From: Seison nebaliae
Lineage: Eukaryota
Assembly (NCBI GenBank): GCA_023231475.1
Contig: JALJEE010001258.1
Span: 124,001 to 168,724, forward strand
Length of the DNA stretch: 44,724 nt
Direction: 5' to 3'
The notes below the pieces were generated by a model, which was given only the letters and a program-made list of their open reading frames with translations, did not search any database and was not told the DNA's origin. Each line of letters begins with the position of its first letter. The stretch's first letter is position 1. Below are positions 1-10,974 of this stretch, piece by piece. A program made the translations under genes and the position numbers.

Positions 1-460
1 TTGTCAAATTTCCCGCTTCTAACGGTTGTTGTGACATGGCTAATTGACTCGTTTCGCCGCCCGTACTTTCCATCAGACAACGACGCCATTCCTCCTCCAA
101 TGTCTGAGGCAATTTCATTCCATTCGATTCATAATAATGAACTTGTCGTTCTAATTCGTCTCGTTCGAGTGTTGGGAGAAGTTTGAAGATGATTTGTTGA
201 AAAGTTCGATCGAATCGAATATAATGCATCGGATGTGATTCGTGAATGATCTCGTCACAATTCGGACAGAAATTATTCTCATTCAAATGATTGACGATGC
301 AACTCTTGCAGAATGTGTGCAGACATTCACTGATCGTCCACGGATCGATAATATATCCATGACACAATTCACAAACGATGTGACGATGGAGATCAGTGAG
401 ACATGCCACCGAAGACGTCACTAGATCACGTAGTTTCTCATCGTTCTCACCTCGATTCAT
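1..460 (-). CDS. PCGF3: Polycomb group RING finger protein, PCGF3/5-like (3'-partial, runs off window start)
   Basis: Manual translation from ATG at 460: MNRGENDEKLRDLVTSSVACLTDLHRHIVCELCHGYIIDPWTISECLHTFCKSCIVNHLNENNFCPNCDEIIHESHPMHYIRFDRTFQQIIFKLLP. C3HC4 RING plus the PCGF signature (ECLHTFCxSC...IHxSHP...DRTxQxIxxKL.P). Frame open to position 1. Confidence 0.9.
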   Translation of the reverse strand, partial: MNRGENDEKLRDLVTSSVACLTDLHRHIVCELCHGYIIDPWTISECLHTFCKSCIVNHLNENNFCPNCDEIIHESHPMHYIRFDRTFQQIIFKLLPTLERDELERQVHYYESNGMKLPQTLEEEWRRCLMESTGGETSQLAMSQQPLEAGNLT

Positions 461-1305
461 CGATAACACATTTCCTTATCGTCTTCTTCTTCTGTCTCTC
501 TTTCACAACTTTGTGGTAAATGAGTGGACTCTTTTCCTTAATCTCCTTGAAGGAAATTGAAGAAACAAACTCTCATTTTCAATTTTTTCTCTTTCTCTTT
601 GTCTCTCCTTCATTAGAGGGTGATTTTAAACAATTGTCTTTTGACCTGTCTCTTCCAAATCCCAGGCTCAATTGTGGCATAATTCTCTCAACTATTTTTC
701 AATTTAAAATCAATCATTAAAATCGTCTAGAGAATATTTCCTCATTCTCATTTGTTCCAGGTGAATTGCACGTAAAAAAATACAAATACAAAAATTGCAG
801 GTAAAATTTTGTTGAGTCATTTTCTAAAATTTCTTATGATTTAAAAGATTTATTTTGTTTATGAAGAAATGTTTGAGAACATCTTTCGCATAACGAGTAG
901 TGCTAAGAGAAATTATATCGAATTAAATCGATTGGCGGTGAGGACATTGAGTGTTGGATGGGAAACATCTGTTGTTATACACAAAACTTCCTCGTTTCCA
1001 AAGGAATGTTCAATTGAACAAGATGATGATAATGATGTCTCTCTTTTCTTTAGGAGAAGAAGGGAGGGAATGGTGAGAAGAGAAATAAAAAGGAATTGGA
1101 TAAGGAATTTATAAAAAAAGGAAGAGAATTCATCTCACCGACAAAAAAAAGATTGTTCAATTAGAATTTTATTTTTCGTATTTCTTTTTGTTTTGTTTCG
1201 TCTCATTCTACTTAATTGGACGAGAAGAATTGGAGAATTGTAAGAGATTTTCATTTTCATTTCTTTTCTTTTTTTTCCATTTGTCAAAAAAAGATTTCGA
1301 TTACC

Positions 1306-2894
1306 ATGATACCAGCCATCTTCTGCCGACTCATCATCCTATTCGTTGGAACAGTTTATCCAGCGTATGGATCGTTCAAATCAATTCGAAAAGGACAATC
1401 TGTCAACAATCAAAATGGTATTCGTCAATGGGTCATGTATTGGATCATCTTTGCACTCTGGTCATCAGCTGAATATTTTACGGACATCTTCTTCAGTTGG
1501 TTAGTGAATCATCATTCTAATTTTCATCTTTCCCTCCTATCCCATTCAGGTTGCCGTTGTATTATGAGTGTAAAATCTTGTTCGTTTGTTGGCTCGTCTC
1601 CCCGTTGACATTAGGCGCTAAATATCTCTATCAGAAATATCTGCATAATCTCCTCATGACCAAAGAGAAAGTTCTTTCCCTTTCTCTTTTCATTTATTAT
1701 TTTTCTTCTCATTAAGGAGATCGATAATTTGTTAGCACAAATGCAAATCGTTGGTACTCAAGCTCTCTTCGACTTCTGCACGAAAGCCTTCGACAACATC
1801 TATAGTCTCATCGTTAAAAATGCTCTCGGCGTTCGTCCTTTTCATTCCTTTTTTTATCTTCATTCCACCCCCTTCATTCACAGTTGACACCTACTATCAA
1901 TAACGCCCCTCCCAAATCAACAGAACTAGCCACGGGAGTTGGAGATAAGAAAAATCAATCAAAATCTGTCCATATTATCGACGCTCCAATTGATAATCGG
2001 GACGAATTAGAAAAGATGCTCGGCGCCGTCAAAACGGCAAAACAAGGTTACTTTTTTTTTCTCCAAACAAACTGTAAGAAGAATTTTATAATCGAAAAAA
2101 TTTTCATTCTAAAATTGAAAAAAATTTTATTTTCACCAATTGAAAAAAATTGAAAAAAATTTCGTTCGTTTTTAGGAAGGATACAACATTAGAATTGGTG
2201 ATAGATACACTAGTAGAGACTTAGTTACTCGTCTACTCAGATATTACTACTCTCCTATTCGTAGTGTAAGATAGATAAAGTATATAGAATCTCATTTTAT
2301 TCTTTTGACATTTATGAAGAAGAAATTTTCTCAAATAAAAACGACGAAATATAAATAAAATATCAATTAAATTTTCCTCATTTTCATTCAGTTAAAAATC
2401 AATTATCGAAATATGGAGATAATGACGATTATGATATACATGAATCAGTCCAAACCATTTACGAGTCGAGTTCATCAATCGCCGATAATTCGGTCGAACA
2501 CGAAATTGAACTGGAGCAAGTTTGTGTCATCGCCTCTTAAACTCCTTTAAAAAACTTCTCTTGTTGTTGTGCAGAATCGATTAATCGGTAAGTCTTCTGC
2601 ATAAGAATTGGTTGAAGATGAACTTAACCCGACTAACATTCCACATTTAATTTATCTATTTAAGTTCATTTCAACTAACACACACACACACACACACATT
2701 CACACACATTCACACAATGTGAGTAGAAATTAATCGACATTTGGAGAATCTCTAATTTTCAATTCACTTCATTCCAGTTCAACGAACGTTCAGTTCGAAA
2801 GAAACCGAAGAATCCGACGAGAGTCATGACGCGATCGATGACGAGAAATTTCATTCATCCTCACAACAATCAGTCGTGTCTCATCGAGAACTGA
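1306..2894 (+). CDS. REEP: REEP1-4 / TB2-DP1-HVA22 family ER-shaping protein, spliced
   Basis: MIPAIFCRLIILFVGTVYPAYGSFK...WVMYWIIFALW...TDIFFSW|LPLYYECKILFVCWLVSP...YLYQKYLH...KEK|EIDNLL. Introns 1500-1549, 1671-1716 and 1831-1883 restore the family alignment. Downstream exons and the stop (TGA 2892-2894, after ...RVMTRSMTRNF...) are less certain. Confidence 0.88.
2679..2715. repeat. (CA)n microsatellite, probably intronic in REEP
   Basis: cacacacacacacacacacattcacacacattcacac. Confidence 0.8.
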
Positions 2895-3276
2895 TGGATG
2901 ATATTTGCACATAAATCTTCCACAACTTCTACAATCACATTTCACCAGCGAGATGGTCGTCAATCAATGAACTTTTCCGATGACATCTCCAGATTTTTAT
3001 TTATTTCCATTTTCGTCATTTATTCCACTACATGTATTTCACGCATATTCAAATTCTTCCCTCCCAACAAAACGGCAAATGTGATAAAAATAAAATTTTT
3101 ATTATTTTCCATCCCAAAAGAGAAAAAAAGGGTCGCGAGACAATTTTGAATAATTCAACTGTTTGACCTTCACAAACGTCAAACACACAAACACATCATT
3201 CCAAGACAATGACGAAAGTGAAGTAATTTTATTTGAATAAAAAATTCGGAAGGAAAGAGAGAAATCATCGTTCAAA

Positions 3277-4717
3277 TCATCTTCGCAATTTGTTAGTTTT
3301 TTGGAAGAGATTCTTCGCCACTGGCGACATGTTATCAATTCGTTTAATTTGAGACGTGACGTTCGTTAACGGTGATTGTCCCATCATTCGCTTGTTGATG
3401 ATATGTTGACGGAATTTGGATGATTGTTGTTTCTCTTTCTTTTTTGCTATATCATCCACCAACTTCAATCCGAGAGTCTCTCGAGGATTCTTATTCATCA
3501 ATTGGAACATCGGTCCATTGGTCGCCGAGGGATCATTGGCAGCGATAGGCGTTCCATCGATATCTCCCCAGGTCATCATTGGCGAATCGTCGCCCGCCAT
3601 AATTCCTGGCATTGGTGTTGGTGTTTTGGCGAAATCGTAGCCCATAATTTTAGGCTTATTTTTCGGAAGGATTTCCTGCCCGTTAACGTCCAATTTTGGA
3701 TGTTTTAATAACTCAATATTGTCTCGTCCCCGAAACATTTCCTTTTCTTCTTTCAATCGTTTTCCGAGTGCTGATTCATCACCGTTCAACATTTGATTGT
3801 CTAATCTCGTGTTCTCGTGACAAATTTGAACGCCGTCACTCTTTTCCACATGCTCATTGGAATGATCGGCATCTAATGAGTAAAATATGGTATGAGAGAT
3901 GGAAATGAGAAGACGAATAATATTATATTAATATTTAAAATAAATAAATAAATAATAATAATAACTTGGACTGTACATGAGAGAATTCCAGTCCTGATGT
4001 TTCCAATTCTCCATGACAACTTTCTCGCCAACTCGATTACCTTTCAATTGTTCCTGGAAGGATGGCACGTTGGAAAAGGAACATTTCATTTTCTGAACAC
4101 GAATTGAGAAATAAGAAAAAATATGAAAATTCGAATTAGAATTAGAAAAAGAAAACTTTCCGATGTTTGGACGGAACGATTTGATTTAATTTTTCTTTTC
4201 TTTCCGTTTGTCGTTTCAACGACTTATAAACATTGTAATCGTCTTTCGACATATGATTATTCATAAATTCATTCAACGACGAATTCACTACATTCGAATC
4301 ACTTTCTCGTCGTGCATCGGAAGTGCACGACGCAGTTTCCTGTCTACATTTCTTCTTTTCTTCTACAAAATTTTCACGAAAATTATTGGAAAAAAAATAA
4401 TATACATTTTTTTTACCTTTCGAAATTAATTGTTGAATATCAGCCGCTTTCTGCAATTCCCCGTTTTGTCGAGCCTCCTCATACTCCACCATCAATCGAT
4501 CCAATTCCATATGGCCGAAAAAGTCTCTTTCGATGATCCGTTCGATTTCCTGCAAGAAAAAAGAATTTCCATCTTCATTTATCGTTTCGTTAACGGATCG
4601 AATGAATTGAACTTTCTGATATTTGTCATTGTTGAGAACGGAGATATTTCTAGTATTCTTTGGACGCTCCTCATTATTCCCGTCCGATTGAATCAATGAA
4701 TTGGAATTGGAATTCAT
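3277..4717 (-). CDS. ESS2: Splicing factor ESS-2 / DGCR14 homologue, about 5 exons
   Basis: VLNNDKYQK|EIERIIERDFF, SLNEFMNNHMSKDD, ENWKHQDWNSLMYSP, TPTPMPG..DDSPMMTWGDIDGTP, RETLGLKL, MSPVAKNL match DGCR14/Es2 blocks. Four short GT-AG introns, two of them in-frame inside ORF 4142-4726. Start ATG 4717 tentative. Confidence 0.9.
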
Positions 4718-5124
4718 GATGGTCAATCGTTCACGATAACGTGAAGAGGTTCGTCCGTTTAATTCGTTAAAATAGTGACAACTAAATAATTGAAATAAAA
4801 TCGTTTCAAATCCAACTGAATTTCTACTCCCCCAAACGGAAAGTTAGATTTTCATTTCCATCAACTAACAGAAATTATGATAGTTTTTCGAATAAATATC
4901 ATTCAAATTTTGAGCTTAACACAAAAGCTCTCACTGGCCGGACGCCAATTTTCCATTTTTTGGTTTATCAATTAACTGAAAGTAATTTATGTGAAAGATA
5001 ACCATCGATAATTCGATCAATAATTTCATCGATAATTCAATCAATAATCGAGTTGATGAACAGGAATACAAATTTTTAATTAAAAGACATAAAGTTTTTT
5101 TGATCAATTTCGAATTAATTATTT

Positions 5125-5736
5125 TATTGCCAATATTTGGCACAGACCTGTCGTATGATGCAGGTGACGGCGGGAACGATGGTCGCGAATAAGAAGAATT
5201 TCGCCTGAATAATTTCCTCAACACATTGTTCGATTTGACATCGATCAGCATCACCTCCGCCCAAGTTCTTCGGACGGGTTCGATCTCCTAAGTTCAAGTT
5301 GTCCTAAAAAAGTTGAATTTTTTGAATAAAAAATGAAAAATAGAAAGTGGAAACCATCGGGTATTGGATCGGTATGGTCTTTGAGTCGCCGTTCATTATG
5401 TGCTTTGGTGAATTTGAAGAGTTGTTGAATTTGAGGAGGAATGAGTGAGTAAGTGAATTGTTTGAGCGAATATTGATGGGTCTTTATAAATGCGAATATG
5501 ATTGAGAAGAAATAGTAAGTGAATTGAGAGAAAAGAAAGAAGGAGAATATAAGAAATCGGCAAACGGCATAGACAACGGTTAGAAGAATGAATAGAAACA
5601 TGAGGGAAATGAAGAGGGAGAGAAAAAGGAGAATGAAACTGAATAATGAAAAATCGATGTTGGAGAAGGAGAAGATAAGAGGAAAGATGGATGGAAGTTG
5701 AGGAGAAATTTGCGCGTTCAAAATTCTCCAATTCAT
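5125..5736 (-). CDS. Possible small orphan membrane-protein gene (structure unresolved)
   Basis: Intron-like segment ~5305-5352 (GTTTCC...TTTTAG on -). Model A: hydrophobic ORF 5251-5736. Model B: MNGDSKTIPIQYPM|DNLNLGDRTRPKNLGGGDADRCQIEQCVEEIIQAKFFLFATIVPAVTCIIRQVCAKYWQ*. No family recognised. Confidence 0.3.
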
Positions 5737-5807
5737 TTGCTCCCCTCCATTTGCCCATGGTCAACATTTCATTGTAATCGATCTCTATTAATCTGTTGAA
5801 GGAAGAG

Positions 5808-8800
5808 ATGATTCTCTTATTTCTCCCTCTTGTCGTCATTGTCGTTGTGGCGGGGAGAAATGTTGCCCCTACAATTCTCTTGTCCACCAACGACGCGACG
5901 GCGACTGTCCTAAAAAAGTTTATTAGAAATGAGAAAAATCTGCCTATCTTCGATGACGAAGAGAATCGTGATATCGAACTGTTGGTGGTGAATGAGATAA
6001 TGAGAAACGAGAATTATATTATCGGCTACTTCGAAACTCTTTTGAATATGTTGAAATATTTGAAAAAACCAAAAGTTGATCAACCACTTATCACCGTCTT
6101 GCCAAACGGTAACGAATTGCACATTCGAGAACATGCTACAATTCAAACATTCATATCTCTCATGCATTTGGAAGAGTCATCATTCTCATTAGGCACCTCA
6201 TTGATCCGATGTGATCCAATGCCCTATTTAGTCATAATTCGATTGTTGACGAGACATTTCTCCATTCGACATTACATCATCTCTTACGGTTTGGAGAATT
6301 TGTGTAGTCTTTTCATCGTACAAAACATCCTCCGATATGCCAAATATGAAACGTTCCAAATCGAACTCGCTCCAATTACACAAGAAGAGAAATCGTCAAA
6401 TATCGATATGATTCTCCTTCATCGAATGATCAAATCTATCATCAATAACCTGCATGATGATGTCGTTCATGCGTTCAAAGATCTCTTCTGGCTTCACATC
6501 TACGACGACAGTGAACAATTGGACATTCTCGCCAATATCGTTCACACGATCGATAATCTGTTGGCGAAAAATGTGACGGATCGATCGATCCGTCAAAAAA
6601 GGTCAACGAAAACCATAAAAGAACCGTTTGAGGACCGTTCCTCACCCAAAAGTAAAATCACGTTTCATCGACCTTCGAAAATTTTGTCGTCACTCGTCCA
6701 ACGAACCATTCACGTGGATATCATTCACGTTATCATGACAAGTGACATTTTTTATTCCACGAAAGATTTGAATAAATTGAAAAATTCGGGCGAATGTCTC
6801 GACATCATTCGATCGGACGCCTTGGCGAAATTGCATTTTGATCAGAAGAATATTCTACTGATGAAACCCAATTTGGATTTATGTAATCAATATCGGCAAA
6901 TGTTGATGGGATATGAAAATTATAAAACTTTCATCGCGTTCTGGAGAGGCGAACTCGTTCTCGATTGGTATCGAGGAGCGACTTTATTGAAGAAATATTA
7001 TCATAACACCCTCTACGATTTGTTTACGGCGGAAGATAATTTCACCGTTCCCGTCCTCCAATACAATATGGTGAATGACAGTTTGACGATTGGGAAGAAA
7101 ATTTCCGATTTGCCCGGACTAAATTCGTTGGAAGTGATCGATAAAAAGAATCAAACCGTCGTCTACACCAGTAACCGAACTCAAATCGTAGTATTGGCCG
7201 TTCTTTTGACTTTTTCCGTCATTTTCGCCGTTATGGTCATCTATCAATGTCGAGTGATGAGACATAATGTCATTTTCTATAAATCGTTTCTGGTGGAATG
7301 GAATTCGATCGATTTGGAAGGAAATGTCGAACGGAACGGAAATCGAGAAAGACGTGTCGATAGTCTCGATCGGAAATCGTTCGGTGAACATAATATCCAT
7401 TCGATTATCTCGATGGGAAATCTGTTGTCGAATGAGTTGGATAAAGATCGACGACATTCTGATGTTCGATTATCAGACAACGATTCGAAAATGTCGTTAT
7501 TCCGTCAAAATGCCGCGATAGAGAAGAGTGGCGATGTCGGTAGTGATAAGAGTGAGAGTGGTCGAGTGGAATATCAGGGCGATATTTGGTCGAATGAGCC
7601 GAATGGGAATAATTCAAATTCAAATTCCCTCATCGAAAAATTGAGACGAACGAGCAAAATTATCGGTAATCGACGATTCTCTTTCCGCACGTCGTTCAAT
7701 GAGAATCATAACAATAATTTGGGCGGGAAGAAATCCGTTCCATCAAGAAACGATGCGTCGAATGTGACGATAATTTCGTTGATGAAAGGAAAGAATAATA
7801 AATTATTTCCGGAAACATCATCAAAACATTTAGCTCATCATCCCAGTTCATCCAAAGGTGATCAACGGAATGTGGTTGGACCGATGTCGTTGTCAAATAT
7901 GGCACCGAATAAACGGTCGAATGATCAGAACGAATTTCAAAATGTTCATTCCACCAAGTTGACGGGACGATTGAAATCGGACAAGAATAAGTTGGTGGAT
8001 CTTTGGCCCATTATCGATTTGAATCATGCGCCGAGAACTTATCGATATAATTTATTGAAAGACGCTCGAATGAGGAAGAAAATAAATCACAAGAATCTCT
8101 CCTCATTCGTCGCATTGACTTGTGACGGTGAGAAAATCTATCAACTCGTCTATAGTGATCGTCGAGGAAATTTAAATTCGTTTTTAGATGGAAATCGAAA
8201 CGGTCTAAATGATCGTCTACGATTATCGATCGCTCATGATATTTTGAGAGGTCTAAATTATCTCCATTCGTCCAATATCAAATTTCATGGATATCTCAAT
8301 ACGTGGAACGTGATCATTTCTGATAATTTGATCGCCAAATTAACCGGTTTCTCTTTCAAAACATCCAGAACTCACGATCACGTCGAACTGGAATGGGACC
8401 GATTGCAACAATTAGTGTTTTGTGCACCGGAACTGCTCCGATTTACGCATTCGATTTGTTATGATCCGAAGAGTTTGTCTATTCGCAAAACCATCAAAGT
8501 CCTCCAACAATGCGACGTTTATAGTTTCGGAATGATCTGCGTTTCGATCGCGTCGTACGAAACGCCGTTTAGTGAAACGAACATCGATTGGCGCGATCTC
8601 CCCAAATACATGTTCGAACAACAAGACGATGTTCTTATTTTGGGCTCGAGTTTCACTCAATTTAAAATGCCCAAAGTTTTGTTGCCTGTGATTCGAATGT
8701 GTACGAGCACTCTGCCCGCCGACCGACCAACATGTGGCGCTCTTTTAAGATTAGTCGATCAAAATATGTTCTCTCAAGATTACGGCGATATAATTCTTTC

Positions 8801-9539
8801 GCGAATTTCCGATTATTCGAAGAACGTCGAACAACAAGTCAATAAGCGGTTGACGGAAGTGGAGAAACAACGGGAATGTCAACGACAACTACTTTATCGT
8901 TTAGTACCGAAATCAGTCGCTACCGATCTAATGCATGGCATCGAATATCAACCGCAACAATTCAAAGAAGTATCTGTCTATTTCTCCGATATCGTCAACT
9001 TTACCAATATCTGTTCACACAGTTCTGCTATGGAAGTCATAACGATGTTGAATGAATTTTTCGGAGTTTTCGATGAAATAATCGAAAAATTTCGAGTTTA
9101 TAAAGTAGAGACGATAGGCGATGCTTATGTCGCTGTTAGTGATCTGACGGTGGACGAACAACATGAACCGAAACAAACTGATTATCATGCAGTGGAAATT
9201 GGACGGATGGCAATCGCTTTACGAACGGCATTGAAGGAATTTCGGTCTCATACAAAACCTGATATCGAGTTACATATCAGGGCAGGAATTCATTCGGGAC
9301 CGATCGTGTGTGGAATGCCCGGGAAACAGAGACCACATTTCTGTCTTTTCGGCGACACGTTATATGTAGCGAATCTGTTGGAAAGTACGTCGCAAGCTGA
9401 TCGGATTAATGTGAGTGACGAATTTCGAAAAATTCTCATGAAACAACAACAAATTCATAAGGAACATTTCATTTGTTCGTTACATAAGAAGATCGAATCG
9501 AGATCGGAGAACATAACCGCTTTCTGGTTGGATGTTTAA
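5808..9539 (+). CDS. Receptor-type guanylate cyclase-like protein, intronless (signal peptide, ectodomain, TM, kinase-homology domain, class III cyclase)
   Basis: ATG 5808 gives signal peptide MILLFLPLVVIVVVAG. TM IVVLAVLLTFSVIFAVMVIY. KHD motifs DILRGLNYLHSS..FHGYL, APELLR, DVYSFG. Hinge QLLYRLVPKSVA. Cyclase VSVYFSDIVNFT, YKVETIGDAY, IRAGIHSGP, FCLFGDT. Confidence 0.93.
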   Translation: MILLFLPLVVIVVVAGRNVAPTILLSTNDATATVLKKFIRNEKNLPIFDDEENRDIELLVVNEIMRNENYIIGYFETLLNMLKYLKKPKVDQPLITVLPNGNELHIREHATIQTFISLMHLEESSFSLGTSLIRCDPMPYLVIIRLLTRHFSIRHYIISYGLENLCSLFIVQNILRYAKYETFQIELAPITQEEKSSNIDMILLHRMIKSIINNLHDDVVHAFKDLFWLHIYDDSEQLDILANIVHTIDNLLAKNVTDRSIRQKRSTKTIKEPFEDRSSPKSKITFHRPSKILSSLVQRTIHVDIIHVIMTSDIFYSTKDLNKLKNSGECLDIIRSDALAKLHFDQKNILLMKPNLDLCNQYRQMLMGYENYKTFIAFWRGELVLDWYRGATLLKKYYHNTLYDLFTAEDNFTVPVLQYNMVNDSLTIGKKISDLPGLNSLEVIDKKNQTVVYTSNRTQIVVLAVLLTFSVIFAVMVIYQCRVMRHNVIFYKSFLVEWNSIDLEGNVERNGNRERRVDSLDRKSFGEHNIHSIISMGNLLSNELDKDRRHSDVRLSDNDSKMSLFRQNAAIEKSGDVGSDKSESGRVEYQGDIWSNEPNGNNSNSNSLIEKLRRTSKIIGNRRFSFRTSFNENHNNNLGGKKSVPSRNDASNVTIISLMKGKNNKLFPETSSKHLAHHPSSSKGDQRNVVGPMSLSNMAPNKRSNDQNEFQNVHSTKLTGRLKSDKNKLVDLWPIIDLNHAPRTYRYNLLKDARMRKKINHKNLSSFVALTCDGEKIYQLVYSDRRGNLNSFLDGNRNGLNDRLRLSIAHDILRGLNYLHSSNIKFHGYLNTWNVIISDNLIAKLTGFSFKTSRTHDHVELEWDRLQQLVFCAPELLRFTHSICYDPKSLSIRKTIKVLQQCDVYSFGMICVSIASYETPFSETNIDWRDLPKYMFEQQDDVLILGSSFTQFKMPKVLLPVIRMCTSTLPADRPTCGALLRLVDQNMFSQDYGDIILSRISDYSKNVEQQVNKRLTEVEKQRECQRQLLYRLVPKSVATDLMHGIEYQPQQFKEVSVYFSDIVNFTNICSHSSAMEVITMLNEFFGVFDEIIEKFRVYKVETIGDAYVAVSDLTVDEQHEPKQTDYHAVEIGRMAIALRTALKEFRSHTKPDIELHIRAGIHSGPIVCGMPGKQRPHFCLFGDTLYVANLLESTSQADRINVSDEFRKILMKQQQIHKEHFICSLHKKIESRSENITAFWLDV

Positions 9540-9983
9540 ACGTCACTCAATTTTATAGTTTTATAAATATTTTTACTATTCTTTTTTAAATGAAACAAAA
9601 ATTAACAAAAATTATTTATTCGAATAAGTGAGTTGAATGGAATGAAATGAAAAAGATGAAATTGAAAAGGAAAAAGAAGAGAAAAAGAGGGAGAGAGAAA
9701 GAGAGTGACAATTTGTCAAAACTTATTTTCATAAAAACCGAAATTTCCTTATGAAAACATTTTGTTGTGAAACGGAAATTATTTTAAATTAAATTTAAAA
9801 AAAATTAAAATCTTCTGTGTCAATTCCGTCTTGCTCGTCTCGTTTAATCGGTGAGGTAGTTCGAGGTGGGTATGAGAGATATGAAAAGGAAAATTTGAAA
9901 AATGGAGAAATGAGAATAGAAGAAAGAAAATGAATGTACAATTAATCGATCGTTTTATGGCAATTTTTTTAGTTGGTCTCTTC

Positions 9984-10914
9984 TCAACCGAGCAATGTCT
10001 TCATGGGAAATAGCTCCCAATAGTTACTAGTTGTCATGGGATATACTTGACCATTTGACCAGAAATCATCATTTGGATGAATCCATCCGTTGGGATAATG
10101 TGGAGGATGTTGAGTGGTGAACGATGGAACGATCGTCGGTTGACAATGTGAGAGACATTCATAGTGAGTTGTTTGGACGTTCTGATCGTACGTTAATTTC
10201 GAATAATAATCGTCGTGCATGTTCTGTGAAACGGAACGTATAGGTCGTTTTCCTGGAAAATAGAAAAATGATGGAAATTAATTTATCAGAATTAGCTAGA
10301 AATATGAACCTTTTCCTGCACGATGGTTTGAGGAGGATTTGTTTCGATGTATCAATTCATTTCGATCGTCATATTCGAAATAGTTGTGAGAATGTCGAGA
10401 AGTTTTATGTTTCATCTTTCCGTTCACTGATGGAACTTCTTTATGAGAAACTGAAATTTGGAGAGTTAATAATAAATACGAATTAATGAGCGTAACAATT
10501 ACGTCGTAATTTGATTTTGTGATTCTTCGTTAAATCCGTGTAACTTTTATTACCGTTTTCGTCGTGACGTCGAAGAAAAATTTTTATTTGGTCCTCATCG
10601 TCCAAATATGGGACGGTGTCATTCGCACACACCACGTCACTTATTGAGTAATTCGGTTGTTTCTTGTTGTTACTCTGAGCGAAAGTGTAGGAGTATCGTC
10701 TCGAATTCACCATCGATGATGACGATTTGTTTCGAATGTTGATCGATTGATCATTCAAGTGACTGTAATTACTCTCGATTATCACTTTCGAATTGTTCTC
10801 TTGTTTATCTGATAGTTTTTTTGGGGATTTTTTCGATTTATTCCCTGATGATACATGATGGAAATGATTGTTACTAATGATGGACGACGAATTACTTTTA
10901 TGTGATTTATTTCG

Positions 10915-10974
<60 letters not shown>

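Noticed and set aside
1..424. Plus-strand ORFs 1-186 and 242-424
   Set aside because: Antisense to the PCGF RING gene.
9984..10220. Independent 78-aa gene
   Set aside because: Splices in frame to the giant ORF as its last exon.
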